This document shows, one piece after another, positions 38,743 to 48,988 of a stretch of DNA of 60,745 bases (its first letter is position 1; the number at the start of each line of letters is the position of its first letter). The position numbers and the translations under genes were made by a program. The notes under the pieces were generated by a model. It was not told the origin of the DNA. It was given only the letters and a program-made list of their open reading frames with translations, and ran no database searches. Where the stretch lies: the IMG/VR virus record IMGVR_UViG_3300042870_000870. One strand, given 5' to 3'. The DNA comes from an uncultured virus (IMG/VR IMGVR_UViG_3300042870_000870). Taxonomy: Duplodnaviria > Heunggongvirae > Uroviricota > Caudoviricetes.

Positions 38743-39365
38743 TATACCAATTCCGTTTTTGAAAATAATACATCGTGTTGAATTAAAATTGAATGGTTCT
38801 CTGGATGGTGAATATCTGACACGATTTTATGGTGTGGGTAACCAATAGAGGACATAAATTCTTTTAATTCGTCAAACATCGGAGCACCTAAATTGTATGG
38901 GTAAACCGAAGCCTCCAATAAAAATATCTTCGCTCTTTTACACATTTCCAATCCACCTTTTATAATGTCCATCTCTGACCCCTGACTATCTATTTTAATA
39001 AAATCAAACGTAACCTCGTTTTTAAAAATTTCATCTAACGTTGATGTTTTAATTTGTTCAGTTAATAACTTATCGTCACTATAATAGTTTGTGTTTTCTC
39101 TATATAAAGAATCGCCAGTATTAAATGCGTTATATGTTGTTTTATAAACAATGGTGTCTTTAACTTCGTTGCTTAAATAAACAATTTTATAATCAATTCC
39201 TGAATTACCAATGTAATGTTCAGTAATATGATTACCATCTATCATGTAATAATACGCTTCAGGGTAAAATTGTTTACAACCAAATGTAAACGTACCGGCA
39301 TGTGCTCCAACATCTAATACCGACTTAATATCTAAGTTATTATTAATTAAAATTTTAAAATCCAT
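38742..39365 (-). CDS. FkbM-family methyltransferase
   Basis: LDVGAHAG, TLDE and FIKIDSQGSE motifs. Confidence 0.85.
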   Translation of the reverse strand: MDFKILINNNLDIKSVLDVGAHAGTFTFGCKQFYPEAYYYMIDGNHITEHYIGNSGIDYKIVYLSNEVKDTIVYKTTYNAFNTGDSLYRENTNYYSDDKLLTEQIKTSTLDEIFKNEVTFDFIKIDSQGSEMDIIKGGLEMCKRAKIFLLEASVYPYNLGAPMFDELKEFMSSIGYPHHKIVSDIHHPENHSILIQHDVLFSKTELV

Positions 39366-39368
39366 AAG

Positions 39369-40619
39369 TTATAATTTATTTTCTATTTTATCTAACCAAC
39401 CTTTACTTAAAGAATGTGGCCACACAATCCATTTTGCAGGTTTTTTTATTGTATCAAACGTTCTCCATATTTTAATAAATTCATCCGAGTCGTTTAACAT
39501 ATTATTTATTTCGTCCGATAGAATGTCTTTTCTATTTAATGGTTGATTCTTTTCATCCTCAAAAATCACCGCCCAAAAATCATAATCAGTTTCGGTAAAC
39601 GACCCTTTATGTACATCAATACAATGTTTGAATATTTTCAAAAAAGATTCTTCAAATTCAACACCATATAAAGGTGGATTCGGTGCTAAGTTGTTGTCTA
39701 ATGTATATTTTTGAACTGCTCTCTTTTTAAATGAAATTCCGGCATATCTTTCGTAATCTTCTATTGTTCTTACATTACCAAAATCATAAATTCCAAAATC
39801 AATATCTTTTTTTAACCCATCCATTTCAAAAAGTTTACGATTTCTTAAATGTGAATTTGAATTTTTATCTCCCCATGTTTTATCGTCGTCCCATTGTTTT
39901 GTTCTACCTTTACGTGTATACTCGTGCCATGCAATAATTTTATGTGGATGAAACAAATCATAACCCCATGTATATGCTCTTACTGCTATTGATATTTCTT
40001 CTCCATGAAAGTAATATTCAGGATCATGTGGTACTTCTTTAACAAAACTACCCTCAGCAAATGCAAAATGTGCAGAATAAAATCTTGCGGGTACAGGTTC
40101 CGATAATTCTTTAAAATTATCTATTCCAGCAGGTAAGAAAAATACTGCACCTTCAGGAATAAATCTATCAAAGTTCATTTTCCATGGAACATTAACTCTA
40201 CCTTCTGGATCATTTTCGGGGTCGTATGATGAAATGTATGATGTAAGTAATGGTTTTTCAACTCCCTTATCTTTTAATTGATTAAACATACCAATAAGTT
40301 CCTCATCCCAATTTTCAATAAATCTATGATGAGAATCTAATTGTAATGTGTATTGTTCATCTGTGTAATTTTGTTGTAGTCTATTTCTAGCCCAACAAGC
40401 CCCCTTTGAATCTCTATAATCAATATCTATGATTTTAAAACGACTATCATTTGTATATTCACCGAGTGTGTCCCACTCGTCATCAACAGAATGTTGCCAA
40501 GCAATTGAAAATACTAAATTTTCGGGATATTTTGATTTTGAAATACAATCGTTTAATGTTGTTAATAATTGTGGATCTCTATAAGATGCAATTTGTATGA
40601 AAATTTTCTGATTACCCAT
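39369..40619 (-). CDS. GlcNAc-transferase (Skp1 hydroxyproline GlcNAcT-like)
   Basis: IFIQIASYRDP, GACWAR, LQLDSHHRF, FHGEE and HEYTR motifs. Confidence 0.8.
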   Translation of the reverse strand: MGNQKIFIQIASYRDPQLLTTLNDCISKSKYPENLVFSIAWQHSVDDEWDTLGEYTNDSRFKIIDIDYRDSKGACWARNRLQQNYTDEQYTLQLDSHHRFIENWDEELIGMFNQLKDKGVEKPLLTSYISSYDPENDPEGRVNVPWKMNFDRFIPEGAVFFLPAGIDNFKELSEPVPARFYSAHFAFAEGSFVKEVPHDPEYYFHGEEISIAVRAYTWGYDLFHPHKIIAWHEYTRKGRTKQWDDDKTWGDKNSNSHLRNRKLFEMDGLKKDIDFGIYDFGNVRTIEDYERYAGISFKKRAVQKYTLDNNLAPNPPLYGVEFEESFLKIFKHCIDVHKGSFTETDYDFWAVIFEDEKNQPLNRKDILSDEINNMLNDSDEFIKIWRTFDTIKKPAKWIVWPHSLSKGWLDKIENKL

Positions 40620-40693
40620 TAAAAGTTAATTATACAATAATATAATAAAAAAATATTGGTTTTTCAACAAATGCATAAAAAAAGGTTAGATTT

Positions 40694-41029
40694 CTAACCT
40701 TTTTTCTTCTCATCTACTTGTTGTGAGTAAGTTGATTTTTTATGTTGTCTAATTTTATCCTTTAATTGGATTAATAGTTTTTGTGCATTTGATAAATTAA
40801 TAGAAATACTATTAACTCTTGCACCCGATAGTGTTTTTAAACCATTTGGTATTGAATCTTCTAATTTTCTAAGTTCTTTAATCGTTTCACCCAAAGAATT
40901 TTGTAGTTCTTCAACTTTATACTGAACTCTATTAAAATCGTCCCTTTTAACTTTTGACGTTTCCTCACTTAAGAGTTCTTGAACCATATTTTTTACAATT
41001 TCTTCAGAAATTAATGATTTATTGTCCAT
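40694..41029 (-). CDS. Coiled-coil hypothetical protein with LISEE leader
   Basis: ORF. Confidence 0.6.
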   Translation of the reverse strand: MDNKSLISEEIVKNMVQELLSEETSKVKRDDFNRVQYKVEELQNSLGETIKELRKLEDSIPNGLKTLSGARVNSISINLSNAQKLLIQLKDKIRQHKKSTYSQQVDEKKKG

Positions 41030-41034
41030 AGGTA

Positions 41035-41268
41035 CTATACTTCAAATTCTTTTTCTTCCTTATCTGTTAATTCTCCGTCTTTCATCATCCCTTCTTTAAT
41101 ATAAGTTCTAATAAGTTTAGAAACACTTATACTTTTGTGTTTAGCAACCTTATCTATTTCCTTATAATAGGCTGGAACTACTCTAAATGTTAGCATTTTA
41201 ATAAATTGCTTGTGTTTTGGTTGATCCGAGGTAAAACCTTCCTTTTCGTCTAAATCTTCTATGTTCAT
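41035..41268 (-). CDS. Ribbon-helix-helix-like DNA-binding protein
   Basis: MLTFRV...IDKVAKHKSISVSKLIRTYI. Confidence 0.6.
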   Translation of the reverse strand: MNIEDLDEKEGFTSDQPKHKQFIKMLTFRVVPAYYKEIDKVAKHKSISVSKLIRTYIKEGMMKDGELTDKEEKEFEV

Positions 41269-41339
41269 GTGAATATGTTTTTATATAAATATTTTGTATT
41301 ACAAATAAAAACCACTATATTAGTAAAAAACCAAAATAT

Positions 41340-41699
41340 ATGTCAGAAAATAAAGAATTACCAATCGACCCGATTAAAATGTGTGAGGAAAAGTATCCCG
41401 AAACCACCAAAGAATTCAAAAAAATCCTAAAAGAACAGTATGAGATATTCTGCAGGAAACAATTAAACTATGGACCCGATAATATCTCCGTAGGAACCCG
41501 TTTAGAGACCCCTGATGAGCTTAAATTGTCTCAGACAGGACTATGGTTCAGAATGAACGATAAGATACAGAGACTAAAGCAATTGGTATTATTGGGTAAA
41601 CCAGATACCGTTGGTGAAGCTGTTGAGGATACATATCAGGATTTATCCGTATATAATATCATCGCACAAATCGTTATTAGAGGTAAATGGGCAAAATAA
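41340..41699 (+). CDS. DUF1599-like nucleotide-modification-associated protein
   Basis: KQLNYG, RMNDKIQRL and EDTYQDLSVY motifs. Confidence 0.7.
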   Translation: MSENKELPIDPIKMCEEKYPETTKEFKKILKEQYEIFCRKQLNYGPDNISVGTRLETPDELKLSQTGLWFRMNDKIQRLKQLVLLGKPDTVGEAVEDTYQDLSVYNIIAQIVIRGKWAK

Positions 41700-41760
41700 A
41701 ATTGACAATTTATAATTTTTAAACCCAATTTTAACCTATTTATTAAAAAACGAAAGAACC

Positions 41761-42123
41761 ATGAAAGTTAATGTAAATCACCCATCTTTTATTTCATTTT
41801 TAGAGAATGTAACTGAAAACATCCTATCAACAATCTCAGTTAATAACTATTTTTCATTACCTCAGGAAAATAAGATGGGTGTTTTATACATGGTTTTTAA
41901 ATTAATGAAAAATTCCGTTAAATCGAGAGCAAAATTGACTGACTTGGAGTTAATAAGTTTTGTTACCGTTTTATGGAAAAAAAATGAAGAATCTGAAAAC
42001 TACGAGTTTGCCGCAATATTGAAAGATATTTTAGATAATTTCGATACGGTTAATGAATTCACCAATACACCACCTAAAAGGACAACCAGAACGATAAAAA
42101 CCGATAAGACTAACAATGGCTAG
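41761..42123 (+). CDS. Hypothetical protein with UVR-like motif
   Basis: ENYEFAAILKD. Confidence 0.6.
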   Translation: MKVNVNHPSFISFLENVTENILSTISVNNYFSLPQENKMGVLYMVFKLMKNSVKSRAKLTDLELISFVTVLWKKNEESENYEFAAILKDILDNFDTVNEFTNTPPKRTTRTIKTDKTNNG

Positions 42124-42508
42124 GACTATCGACAATCAGACTAAAAAAAAGTATGCAATTTTAGCGTTAAGATGGTGTGAGGAGTATTTTGGTCTATGTG
42201 ATAGAAAGAAAAGACGATTACTTTTTAGATTTAGTGATAGAAAACGAAAAATGAATAATTTTGATATTTTTGGTAACTATTGTTTTTATCGAAATGAAAT
42301 TATAATTTACTTACCCAACAACAATACAATATACGATTTGGTTGCAACCGTCATTCACGAATACACACATTACCTACAAGTTCGTAGAAAATATAGAGAA
42401 TATGAATTGTCTAGATATTATTCTCAAAATCCAATGGAAAGACAGGCTAAACGTAATGAAGACAAATATACTAAAATTTGTTTAAAACAGATTAAATCTA
42501 ATCTATAA
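42116..42508 (+). CDS. HExxH zinc metallopeptidase-like protein
   Basis: TVIHEYTHYLQ...NPMERQA. Confidence 0.7.
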   Translation: MARTIDNQTKKKYAILALRWCEEYFGLCDRKKRRLLFRFSDRKRKMNNFDIFGNYCFYRNEIIIYLPNNNTIYDLVATVIHEYTHYLQVRRKYREYELSRYYSQNPMERQAKRNEDKYTKICLKQIKSNL

Positions 42509-42701
42509 CAATTTCAGCTTCCTCAATTTCTCTCATAAACAATAACGTATCGTCGTTGTTTATTCTATTTCTTACAACCATATCACACATCCAAAAATTC
42601 TTTAAATCTGTAATTGATCCTTCTTTTACTTGTGAGTTTTTTACTTTTCGATAAACCCAATATAGTTTATCTTGATAGTTCACTAATTCTTTGTTTAACA
42701 T
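42498..42701 (-). CDS. Hypothetical protein
   Basis: ORF directly downstream of the nuclease gene. Confidence 0.6.
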   Translation of the reverse strand: MLNKELVNYQDKLYWVYRKVKNSQVKEGSITDLKNFWMCDMVVRNRINNDDTLLFMREIEEAEIVID

Positions 42702-42704
42702 AAT

Positions 42705-43307
42705 TTACTTGTGGCTACTTGGTTGACACAACATCCCCAACTCACTCCATTTGAATTTTGGTCTTTCATTTAATAATACAAAACATTTCCACACTTTCTG
42801 TTTTTCAAAATAAATGTGTTTTTCCATGTGAGACGGTATTGCTGCGTTGGTAGGTACTCTTTTAGGTACTTTATCAAAAAATACTTTAATTGTAATTGTT
42901 AAATTTTCATTGTCGTCCCATTTTCTTTCCTGCTCTTCTAACAATCTCCACTCACCTCTATTTTGATACTGGTCTTGCATCATACAATTCAAATACGAAA
43001 ATGTTTGTTTAAGGTTTTCCATATTATCTGAAAATGACGCCGCGGGAGCTAAATGACCTTTATCGTATATATTTGATTTATAATCCTCAGCATCCGAAGT
43101 TTTGATGCCTTTTTCAATATAGAAATCCATACTACCTCTATTAACATTTGTTGGTCTATTGGTTGATCTATATTTTAACCATAATGGTGATTCTAATTTT
43201 TGTGAATACAATACTTCAAATATTTGATTCTTAACTCTTATAGTGTCTTGTGAAAATGAACTTAAACTAATTAGAATAAGTCCAAATAAAAATAACCCTT
43301 TTTTCAT
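42705..43307 (-). CDS. Secreted DNA/RNA non-specific endonuclease (NucA/EndA type)
   Basis: Signal peptide; YDKGHLAPAA, TFSYLN and NRGEWRLLE motifs. Confidence 0.88.
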   Translation of the reverse strand: MKKGLFLFGLILISLSSFSQDTIRVKNQIFEVLYSQKLESPLWLKYRSTNRPTNVNRGSMDFYIEKGIKTSDAEDYKSNIYDKGHLAPAASFSDNMENLKQTFSYLNCMMQDQYQNRGEWRLLEEQERKWDDNENLTITIKVFFDKVPKRVPTNAAIPSHMEKHIYFEKQKVWKCFVLLNERPKFKWSELGMLCQPSSHK

Positions 43308-43858
43308 ATATGATATTTGTTTATATAGTTAAATATGTCCACTGCGGTGTTTGTATACACATCAAACTCAATAAATGGAATATCATTTGTAATTAATTTT
43401 TGTTTAATCTCCTCGTCAATTTCTTTAGATTCTGTTAAATCTTGAAATCTACCGTTTTGGTCGTAAGTCTCGTCGTTCCTTTTAAGAAACACATTTAAAC
43501 TATTATATTTTTTGAATAGACTCAGAATAAATGCGTCGTATGTTTCATCATAAAACATTGCGGGATATTCAGGTTTATCGTTATATCTATCTTTGTAAAT
43601 TAAACCCAATATTATTGGTGAATCAACAATGACGTATTTTACCTTACCATATAATCTACTAATGTTTCTGTGTTGATTTGCGGTAATATAGAATTGGTCC
43701 TTAATTGCTGAATAGTTTTCCTCCCAAGCCACAATTTTAGGAAATTCAAAAGTCAATTCAACATCCATATGATGTTTCTTCATTTCGGTAAATAAACCTG
43801 AGGATTGGGTAGATTTACCAATACCAGGACCACCAAAAAAATTAATAATTAAACTCAT
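43304..43858 (-). CDS. NadR-like (AAA_28) P-loop kinase
   Basis: INFFGGPGIGKST, IVDSP and GRFQ motifs. Confidence 0.75.
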   Translation of the reverse strand: MSLIINFFGGPGIGKSTQSSGLFTEMKKHHMDVELTFEFPKIVAWEENYSAIKDQFYITANQHRNISRLYGKVKYVIVDSPIILGLIYKDRYNDKPEYPAMFYDETYDAFILSLFKKYNSLNVFLKRNDETYDQNGRFQDLTESKEIDEEIKQKLITNDIPFIEFDVYTNTAVDIFNYINKYHI

Positions 43859-44084
43859 AAATCAAATATACATAAAAAAAGGGAGTTTGTGAAATCTCCC
43901 ATATATTAATTTAGTAAGTTTATTTTGTCCCCCGACAACAAAAATAAATAAACTATAATATAAAAAAAGACCATAAAATATGATGACTATTTGTCAGTTT
44001 AAAATTAATTTCGGTTTATTATAAGGTAAACGTAATAAAATTTAAAACTTTATTTTTAATATAACTATTTATAGAATTATTACT

Positions 44085-44711
44085 ATGGAACAACACACAA
44101 TAGAATTAATTGGTATGGTCTTAGTGGCCGTTATTACAGCATTAGTTGGTCCCGCGGGACTTGAGTACGTAAAAGCTAAACTATCTAAACCTGTTTCAAA
44201 AGATATCGTTAGAGATGACATTGAAAGAAATTTGGTTATTTTTGATGAAATATCGGAAATTAGGGATATGGTAGATGCGGATAGAATTTGGATAAGTCAA
44301 TTTCACAATGGCGGTCATTTTCTTCACACTAACAAATCAATTCAAAAGTTTTCAATAACATATGAGGACGTTAAACCCGGTGTTAGTAGTATTATTCATT
44401 TATTCACAGACATCCCATTATCGTTATATTCAAGATCAATGAATTACATTATGGAACATAAACATTTGTGGATTTCCGATTTTAAAGATGAAACCATTGC
44501 AACTTATGGGTTAAAGTCCGCGGCGGACGCAACGGGGACTAATGCATCATATGTAATTGGGTTATTTGATATTGTAACAGATAGATGTATTGGAACAATG
44601 GGGGTGGACTATAGAGATAAGAAGAAACTAACACAAACACAAAAAGATTTTTTAATCGAGAGAGGTAGTCGATTAGCGGGATATTTATCAGTATACCTTA
44701 AATCAAAGTAA
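44085..44711 (+). CDS. Single-TM protein with GAF-like domain, possible holin (T4 T-like architecture)
   Basis: N-terminal TM segment; ADRIWISQFHNGG...IGTMGVDY; near the endolysin. Confidence 0.5.
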   Translation: MEQHTIELIGMVLVAVITALVGPAGLEYVKAKLSKPVSKDIVRDDIERNLVIFDEISEIRDMVDADRIWISQFHNGGHFLHTNKSIQKFSITYEDVKPGVSSIIHLFTDIPLSLYSRSMNYIMEHKHLWISDFKDETIATYGLKSAADATGTNASYVIGLFDIVTDRCIGTMGVDYRDKKKLTQTQKDFLIERGSRLAGYLSVYLKSK

Positions 44712-44717
44712 CACATT

Positions 44718-45113
44718 ATGAAAAAATATATATTCACAGAAAGTCAAATTAAAAAAATCATTGACAATCAAGTAAACGAACAATATGGTGATACAGATTC
44801 ACCAGAAGATATGCACCACATTCAAGATGCATTAAACAAATATTTTAAGTCTAAAAATATTAGGGGTACTTGGGACGGGTCGTCTGAATTTAAATTAAAC
44901 CCAAAGGCACCAGTAATTGTAATAAGTGCGGATGGTGCTTGGGGGGATAAATCAAAATCGGCATTATCTATTTTCCAAAAAAATAATGGATTAGACGATG
45001 ACGGTATGGTTGGTTGTAAGTCAGCTAAGAAATTAATCCAACTTGGATATATGGGTCGAGACCTATGGGGTAAACTAATGGATATGTTTGGATGGGGACC
45101 GTCTTGTGACTAA
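44718..45113 (+). CDS. Leader-motif protein with peptidoglycan-binding domain
   Basis: MKKYIFTESQIKKII..VNEQ; ADGAWGDKS...FQKNNGLDDDGMVG. Confidence 0.7.
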   Translation: MKKYIFTESQIKKIIDNQVNEQYGDTDSPEDMHHIQDALNKYFKSKNIRGTWDGSSEFKLNPKAPVIVISADGAWGDKSKSALSIFQKNNGLDDDGMVGCKSAKKLIQLGYMGRDLWGKLMDMFGWGPSCD

Positions 45114-45718
45114 CCCTTAGACGATATTTCGTCAAATATTTTAATAATATCATCTAAATTCAAATAATCAAAACATTCAGAATAACCTGAAAAAGATTCT
45201 AAAACTGGTCTGTATTTTTTTACAGACCTTTTTTTATTTAATTTTTCTTTAATATCACTCTCCAATTTTTCGGCGTTTGGGGTATCGATTCTTCTTAAAA
45301 TGGTTTCTACCACATATCCTTCATAACCATGTACCTTACTAAAACGTCTCATTATAAATCGTTTGGATGTAATACCCACCTTAACGAAGGTTTTATTTGT
45401 TGATTCTTCCTTAATTAATACCAAATACAAGGATTTTGGTAACTTACTTATTTTTTTGTTTTTTTCTTTTCTTTTTTTGGATAATTTATTTTTAATATAA
45501 TCCTTAGCCTTATCTAACGAAGTAAACTCTTTTTCATCTCTATATGGGTTAATTATGTATTTTTTGAACCTTTGGAGGTAGATAGTTTTACCGCTATCCA
45601 CTTTGTATTTTTTACCCCTTGTTGTTAAAATCTCATATATTGAATAATATCCAACCTTCAATATCGGTTCTTGTGACATAGTATCTGTTTTACATAATAT
45701 ACATAGTTTAGAACTCAA
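45110..45718 (-). CDS. GIY-YIG/T5orf172-like nuclease
   Basis: LYLVLI...FVKVGIT..R and GYSECF motifs. Confidence 0.6.
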   Translation of the reverse strand: MSSKLCILCKTDTMSQEPILKVGYYSIYEILTTRGKKYKVDSGKTIYLQRFKKYIINPYRDEKEFTSLDKAKDYIKNKLSKKRKEKNKKISKLPKSLYLVLIKEESTNKTFVKVGITSKRFIMRRFSKVHGYEGYVVETILRRIDTPNAEKLESDIKEKLNKKRSVKKYRPVLESFSGYSECFDYLNLDDIIKIFDEISSKG

Positions 45719-45788
45719 AATAAATCAAACTCAATAAAACTACGGATTCATACACAATAAAAGGTATTTATGGTATATTTATAATATC

Positions 45789-47522
45789 ATGGAAATAGAA
45801 AAACTAATATCGAATATTGTTAACGAAGCGGTTAAAAAAAGTGACCTTGTTACGTTTTTATCAAACAAATTTAGTTCGGAATCACCCAAGTTCAATTCAT
45901 TGGACCCCGAAACAAAATCAACTCACACATTTGCGATAGTTGAGGCGTACAAAAATATAAAATCTAAACTTAGAGCATCCAATCCCGCCACATTTAATTT
46001 TTTACAAAGACATGATGGTAATCACGGGTCAAATTTAATTACAATTGAACAATTAAATAAAATTACTGAAATTCCATTTAAACAATTGATGGAATTATTA
46101 TCAACAGTTGGTGACTTTAAACCATTGGTATCGGACGACGCATCAAAAGTTGGTGGAGATGATACTGAAGTTAAATTAATTAAGACATTTGGAACAAGTG
46201 GTAATAAACCTACCGAAGGTAAGGTTACCACATCTAAAGAGATGTGGGGTAGTCCTAATAATGCAATAATAAATGAAGACGGTTTTAGAGTATATCATAT
46301 AAAAGACCAAACCCAAGCAATACGAATGGGTTATTATTACCAATCATTACATATAAAACAATATAGAGATTTAAAACTTGAAGTTAGACCCCCGTGGAAC
46401 GTAACATTTAGAAAAGGGTTTCAAGAAATGAATACAGTAGGTTCCTCAATTATTTCTCACGGATTCAACAAATGGTCAAGTTTTAGAACGGCACATGAGG
46501 TATCAATCTATTTCGTAATTGATGAAAGTAGAAATCCATTTGAGGATGTACTAACTAACGGTAAATATTTCATGTCAGTTATTGAAGTGATTAATGACGG
46601 TGGTTACCAATTAAGGTCTATGTTAAATGACGGGTCATTATTACTTAATTGGAAGAAGTTAGTTACTCTATATCCAAAATTAGAGGGCCATGAAGACCAA
46701 TTCGTTTACCATGATTTTACACCAGAGGAATTAATTGAACCAACGGAAATTGATACATCGTTCAACGAATATCCTGAATCTAAAAATTATATTGGTAAAC
46801 AATTACCTGACGTTCAAATTGCTTGGTTTAAAGAAGGTAATGACATTACAAAGGCATTAACATGGAGAACTATGACAACTCCTGTTAGATTGGCGTACAT
46901 AGATACTATAACATCTTACAACATTTTTGAAAAAATTTCTAATGTAGATTTAATGAATGAGATGTTAAAAGGTGTTGATTATTCTGGAAAGGGAGGTAAA
47001 AGATTTGAGACAATATTAAATGATAAAATGATTAGTGTTGGTAAAAAAGGTATATCATTCTTAACTCACTATTATTATCAAACTAAATATGATGTTGAAT
47101 TTATCGGTAAAAGAGTTCCAACGAGATTTGTTTATAGCACCATAAGTAAAGACCCATTAATAAACGGATTAATGGGTATATTTGACACAAAAACAGGTAA
47201 ATGGTTTACAGGTCCAACCGGAATAAGATACGATGCTAGATATAAAATAACAGAAAGATTTTTAAAAAAGGATGTTAATAAGAAAACATATTTAATATTT
47301 GAGTTTACATCTGTTATACCTTTTATAGATGATAAAGGAAATAAAGTTCCAACAAGCGTAGGTACTAAATTTTATGTAGTAAACGACGAACCCTTTGTTC
47401 CAGATAAAACTCACCATGGTTATTTCATTGGTGAATCATTATATAGAGATTTTGTTGTAAAATTTATAGAATCGGAAACCCCCGAAATATTTAAAGCACC
47501 TAAAACAAGTATAGCACAATAG
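45789..47522 (+). CDS. Large hypothetical protein with IVNEA leader
   Basis: 577 aa ORF; TATTTATA at 45776. Confidence 0.7.
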   Translation: MEIEKLISNIVNEAVKKSDLVTFLSNKFSSESPKFNSLDPETKSTHTFAIVEAYKNIKSKLRASNPATFNFLQRHDGNHGSNLITIEQLNKITEIPFKQLMELLSTVGDFKPLVSDDASKVGGDDTEVKLIKTFGTSGNKPTEGKVTTSKEMWGSPNNAIINEDGFRVYHIKDQTQAIRMGYYYQSLHIKQYRDLKLEVRPPWNVTFRKGFQEMNTVGSSIISHGFNKWSSFRTAHEVSIYFVIDESRNPFEDVLTNGKYFMSVIEVINDGGYQLRSMLNDGSLLLNWKKLVTLYPKLEGHEDQFVYHDFTPEELIEPTEIDTSFNEYPESKNYIGKQLPDVQIAWFKEGNDITKALTWRTMTTPVRLAYIDTITSYNIFEKISNVDLMNEMLKGVDYSGKGGKRFETILNDKMISVGKKGISFLTHYYYQTKYDVEFIGKRVPTRFVYSTISKDPLINGLMGIFDTKTGKWFTGPTGIRYDARYKITERFLKKDVNKKTYLIFEFTSVIPFIDDKGNKVPTSVGTKFYVVNDEPFVPDKTHHGYFIGESLYRDFVVKFIESETPEIFKAPKTSIAQ

Positions 47523-47554
47523 AAATAAAAAAAGGGACATTTAGTCCCTTTTTT

Positions 47555-48397
47555 TTATGATAGTAATGAATAGTATTCTTTAAAGTGTTTAATTCTATCG
47601 ACTAAACCGATAGTTCCACCATTTACTCTTTTTGTAATTGAAGTTACAACCGCATCGGTTGCTCCACCATCCGCCATTTTGTGTAAACCATTTTTAGAAA
47701 AGAACCAAGCCGCAGATAATAATGCGTAATCTGTTGCCACCTTTTCTGGATTTGCAGTCATATCTTCATTTATAGATTTACCAAACGCTGTGTAGTTTTC
47801 TTTTCCTGTTAATTGAATATATCCACGTCCACAGAATTTTGAACCTTCACCTGATGATTCGGGACCATTACCCATTCTGTTTCCGTAAACTTTATTTGCA
47901 ATTTTTACAGGTTGTCTCTCGTATGGTTTTGCTGAGGCTTCTGTTGGAAAGTACTTTTTGAATGTACCATTTAAACCTTTTGCTGAGTAATTTAAATTTT
48001 CTTTTGTAGCTCTAAATCCTCCTGATTCGTGACCACATTGTGCCAAGAAGTGTGCCAACCTTAACGGTGTATTAATTTGGAATTTAGCCGCAGTGTCGGG
48101 TATCATTTTAATAACCGAATCGGGAATGTGACCCTTTAATTTCTCTAATTTTAAACCACCAACTGAAGCAACTGGTGCCGGTTCAGTTATAATTGTTGGA
48201 GCACTTACAACACCTTCAGAGAATAACTTACCCCAAGTGCCATCACCAACAACCCCGTCTGCCGTTAAACCATTTGCAGATTGCCACGATTTAACCGCAG
48301 CTTCTGTTTTTGGTCCAAATTTACCTATTGGGTCAACACCCAATTTAACCTGGAGTTTTTTTACATCTTCTCCTTCAGATCCTAATTTTAATAACAT
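47555..48397 (-). CDS. Endolysin: PG-binding domain plus GH19 lysozyme
   Basis: LKLGSEGEDVKKLQ...ADGVVGDGT; AHFLAQCGHESGG, GRGYIQLTGKENY and TKRVNGG motifs. Confidence 0.92.
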   Translation of the reverse strand: MLLKLGSEGEDVKKLQVKLGVDPIGKFGPKTEAAVKSWQSANGLTADGVVGDGTWGKLFSEGVVSAPTIITEPAPVASVGGLKLEKLKGHIPDSVIKMIPDTAAKFQINTPLRLAHFLAQCGHESGGFRATKENLNYSAKGLNGTFKKYFPTEASAKPYERQPVKIANKVYGNRMGNGPESSGEGSKFCGRGYIQLTGKENYTAFGKSINEDMTANPEKVATDYALLSAAWFFSKNGLHKMADGGATDAVVTSITKRVNGGTIGLVDRIKHFKEYYSLLS

Positions 48398-48444
48398 ATC
48401 AATATTTTTTTTGTGTTTATTATATAAATACTCTTTGAGTTTTT

Positions 48445-48726
48445 TTAATTATGTGTACCACATGTTGAACATACAAAAGACCCTTTTCTACCATCTTTCA
48501 TGACGGTTATTGTATGTTTCTTTTTACAATTTTTGCAAGAAGCCCATTCAGGTTGGCCTGATTTTGATTTTGGATTATTATCATGTCCACATTCGTGACA
48601 TACGTATTTATTCTTTCCTCCTTCCGATTCTTTCCATTTCCAACCACATTGTTTACATTTTATGGTTTTGTCGGTTTCTTCGTCCACAATACGTTTTAAT
48701 TGTGATTCAGTTATAATAATTTTCAT
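48445..48726 (-). CDS. Leader-motif protein with double zinc ribbon
   Basis: MKIIITESQLKRIVDEE and four CxxC pairs. Confidence 0.7.
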   Translation of the reverse strand: MKIIITESQLKRIVDEETDKTIKCKQCGWKWKESEGGKNKYVCHECGHDNNPKSKSGQPEWASCKNCKKKHTITVMKDGRKGSFVCSTCGTHN

Positions 48727-48738
48727 AACTATAAATAG

Positions 48739-48957
48739 TTAGGTATGTTGTGTTTTTCTAATGTCGTTTTTTAAAAACACAGAAAAATCCCCATTAACCT
48801 TTTCTTTAAAATTATGAAGTTCCATATAATGTTTATTACACAGGTAAGTTGTGAATGAGTACATATTGAGGTCGTGGTCCAATACCTTATATGTTTCTTT
48901 AAATTCCACATCTCTGTGACATCCAATAAATTGACATTCGTGTTTTTCCATATGCAT
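48739..48957 (-). CDS. Small Cys/His hypothetical protein
   Basis: CQFIGC...LCNKH; start position uncertain. Confidence 0.45.
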   Translation of the reverse strand: MHMEKHECQFIGCHRDVEFKETYKVLDHDLNMYSFTTYLCNKHYMELHNFKEKVNGDFSVFLKNDIRKTQHT

Positions 48958-48988
48958 AAAAAAACCCTCCATTATGAGGGTTTTTAAA

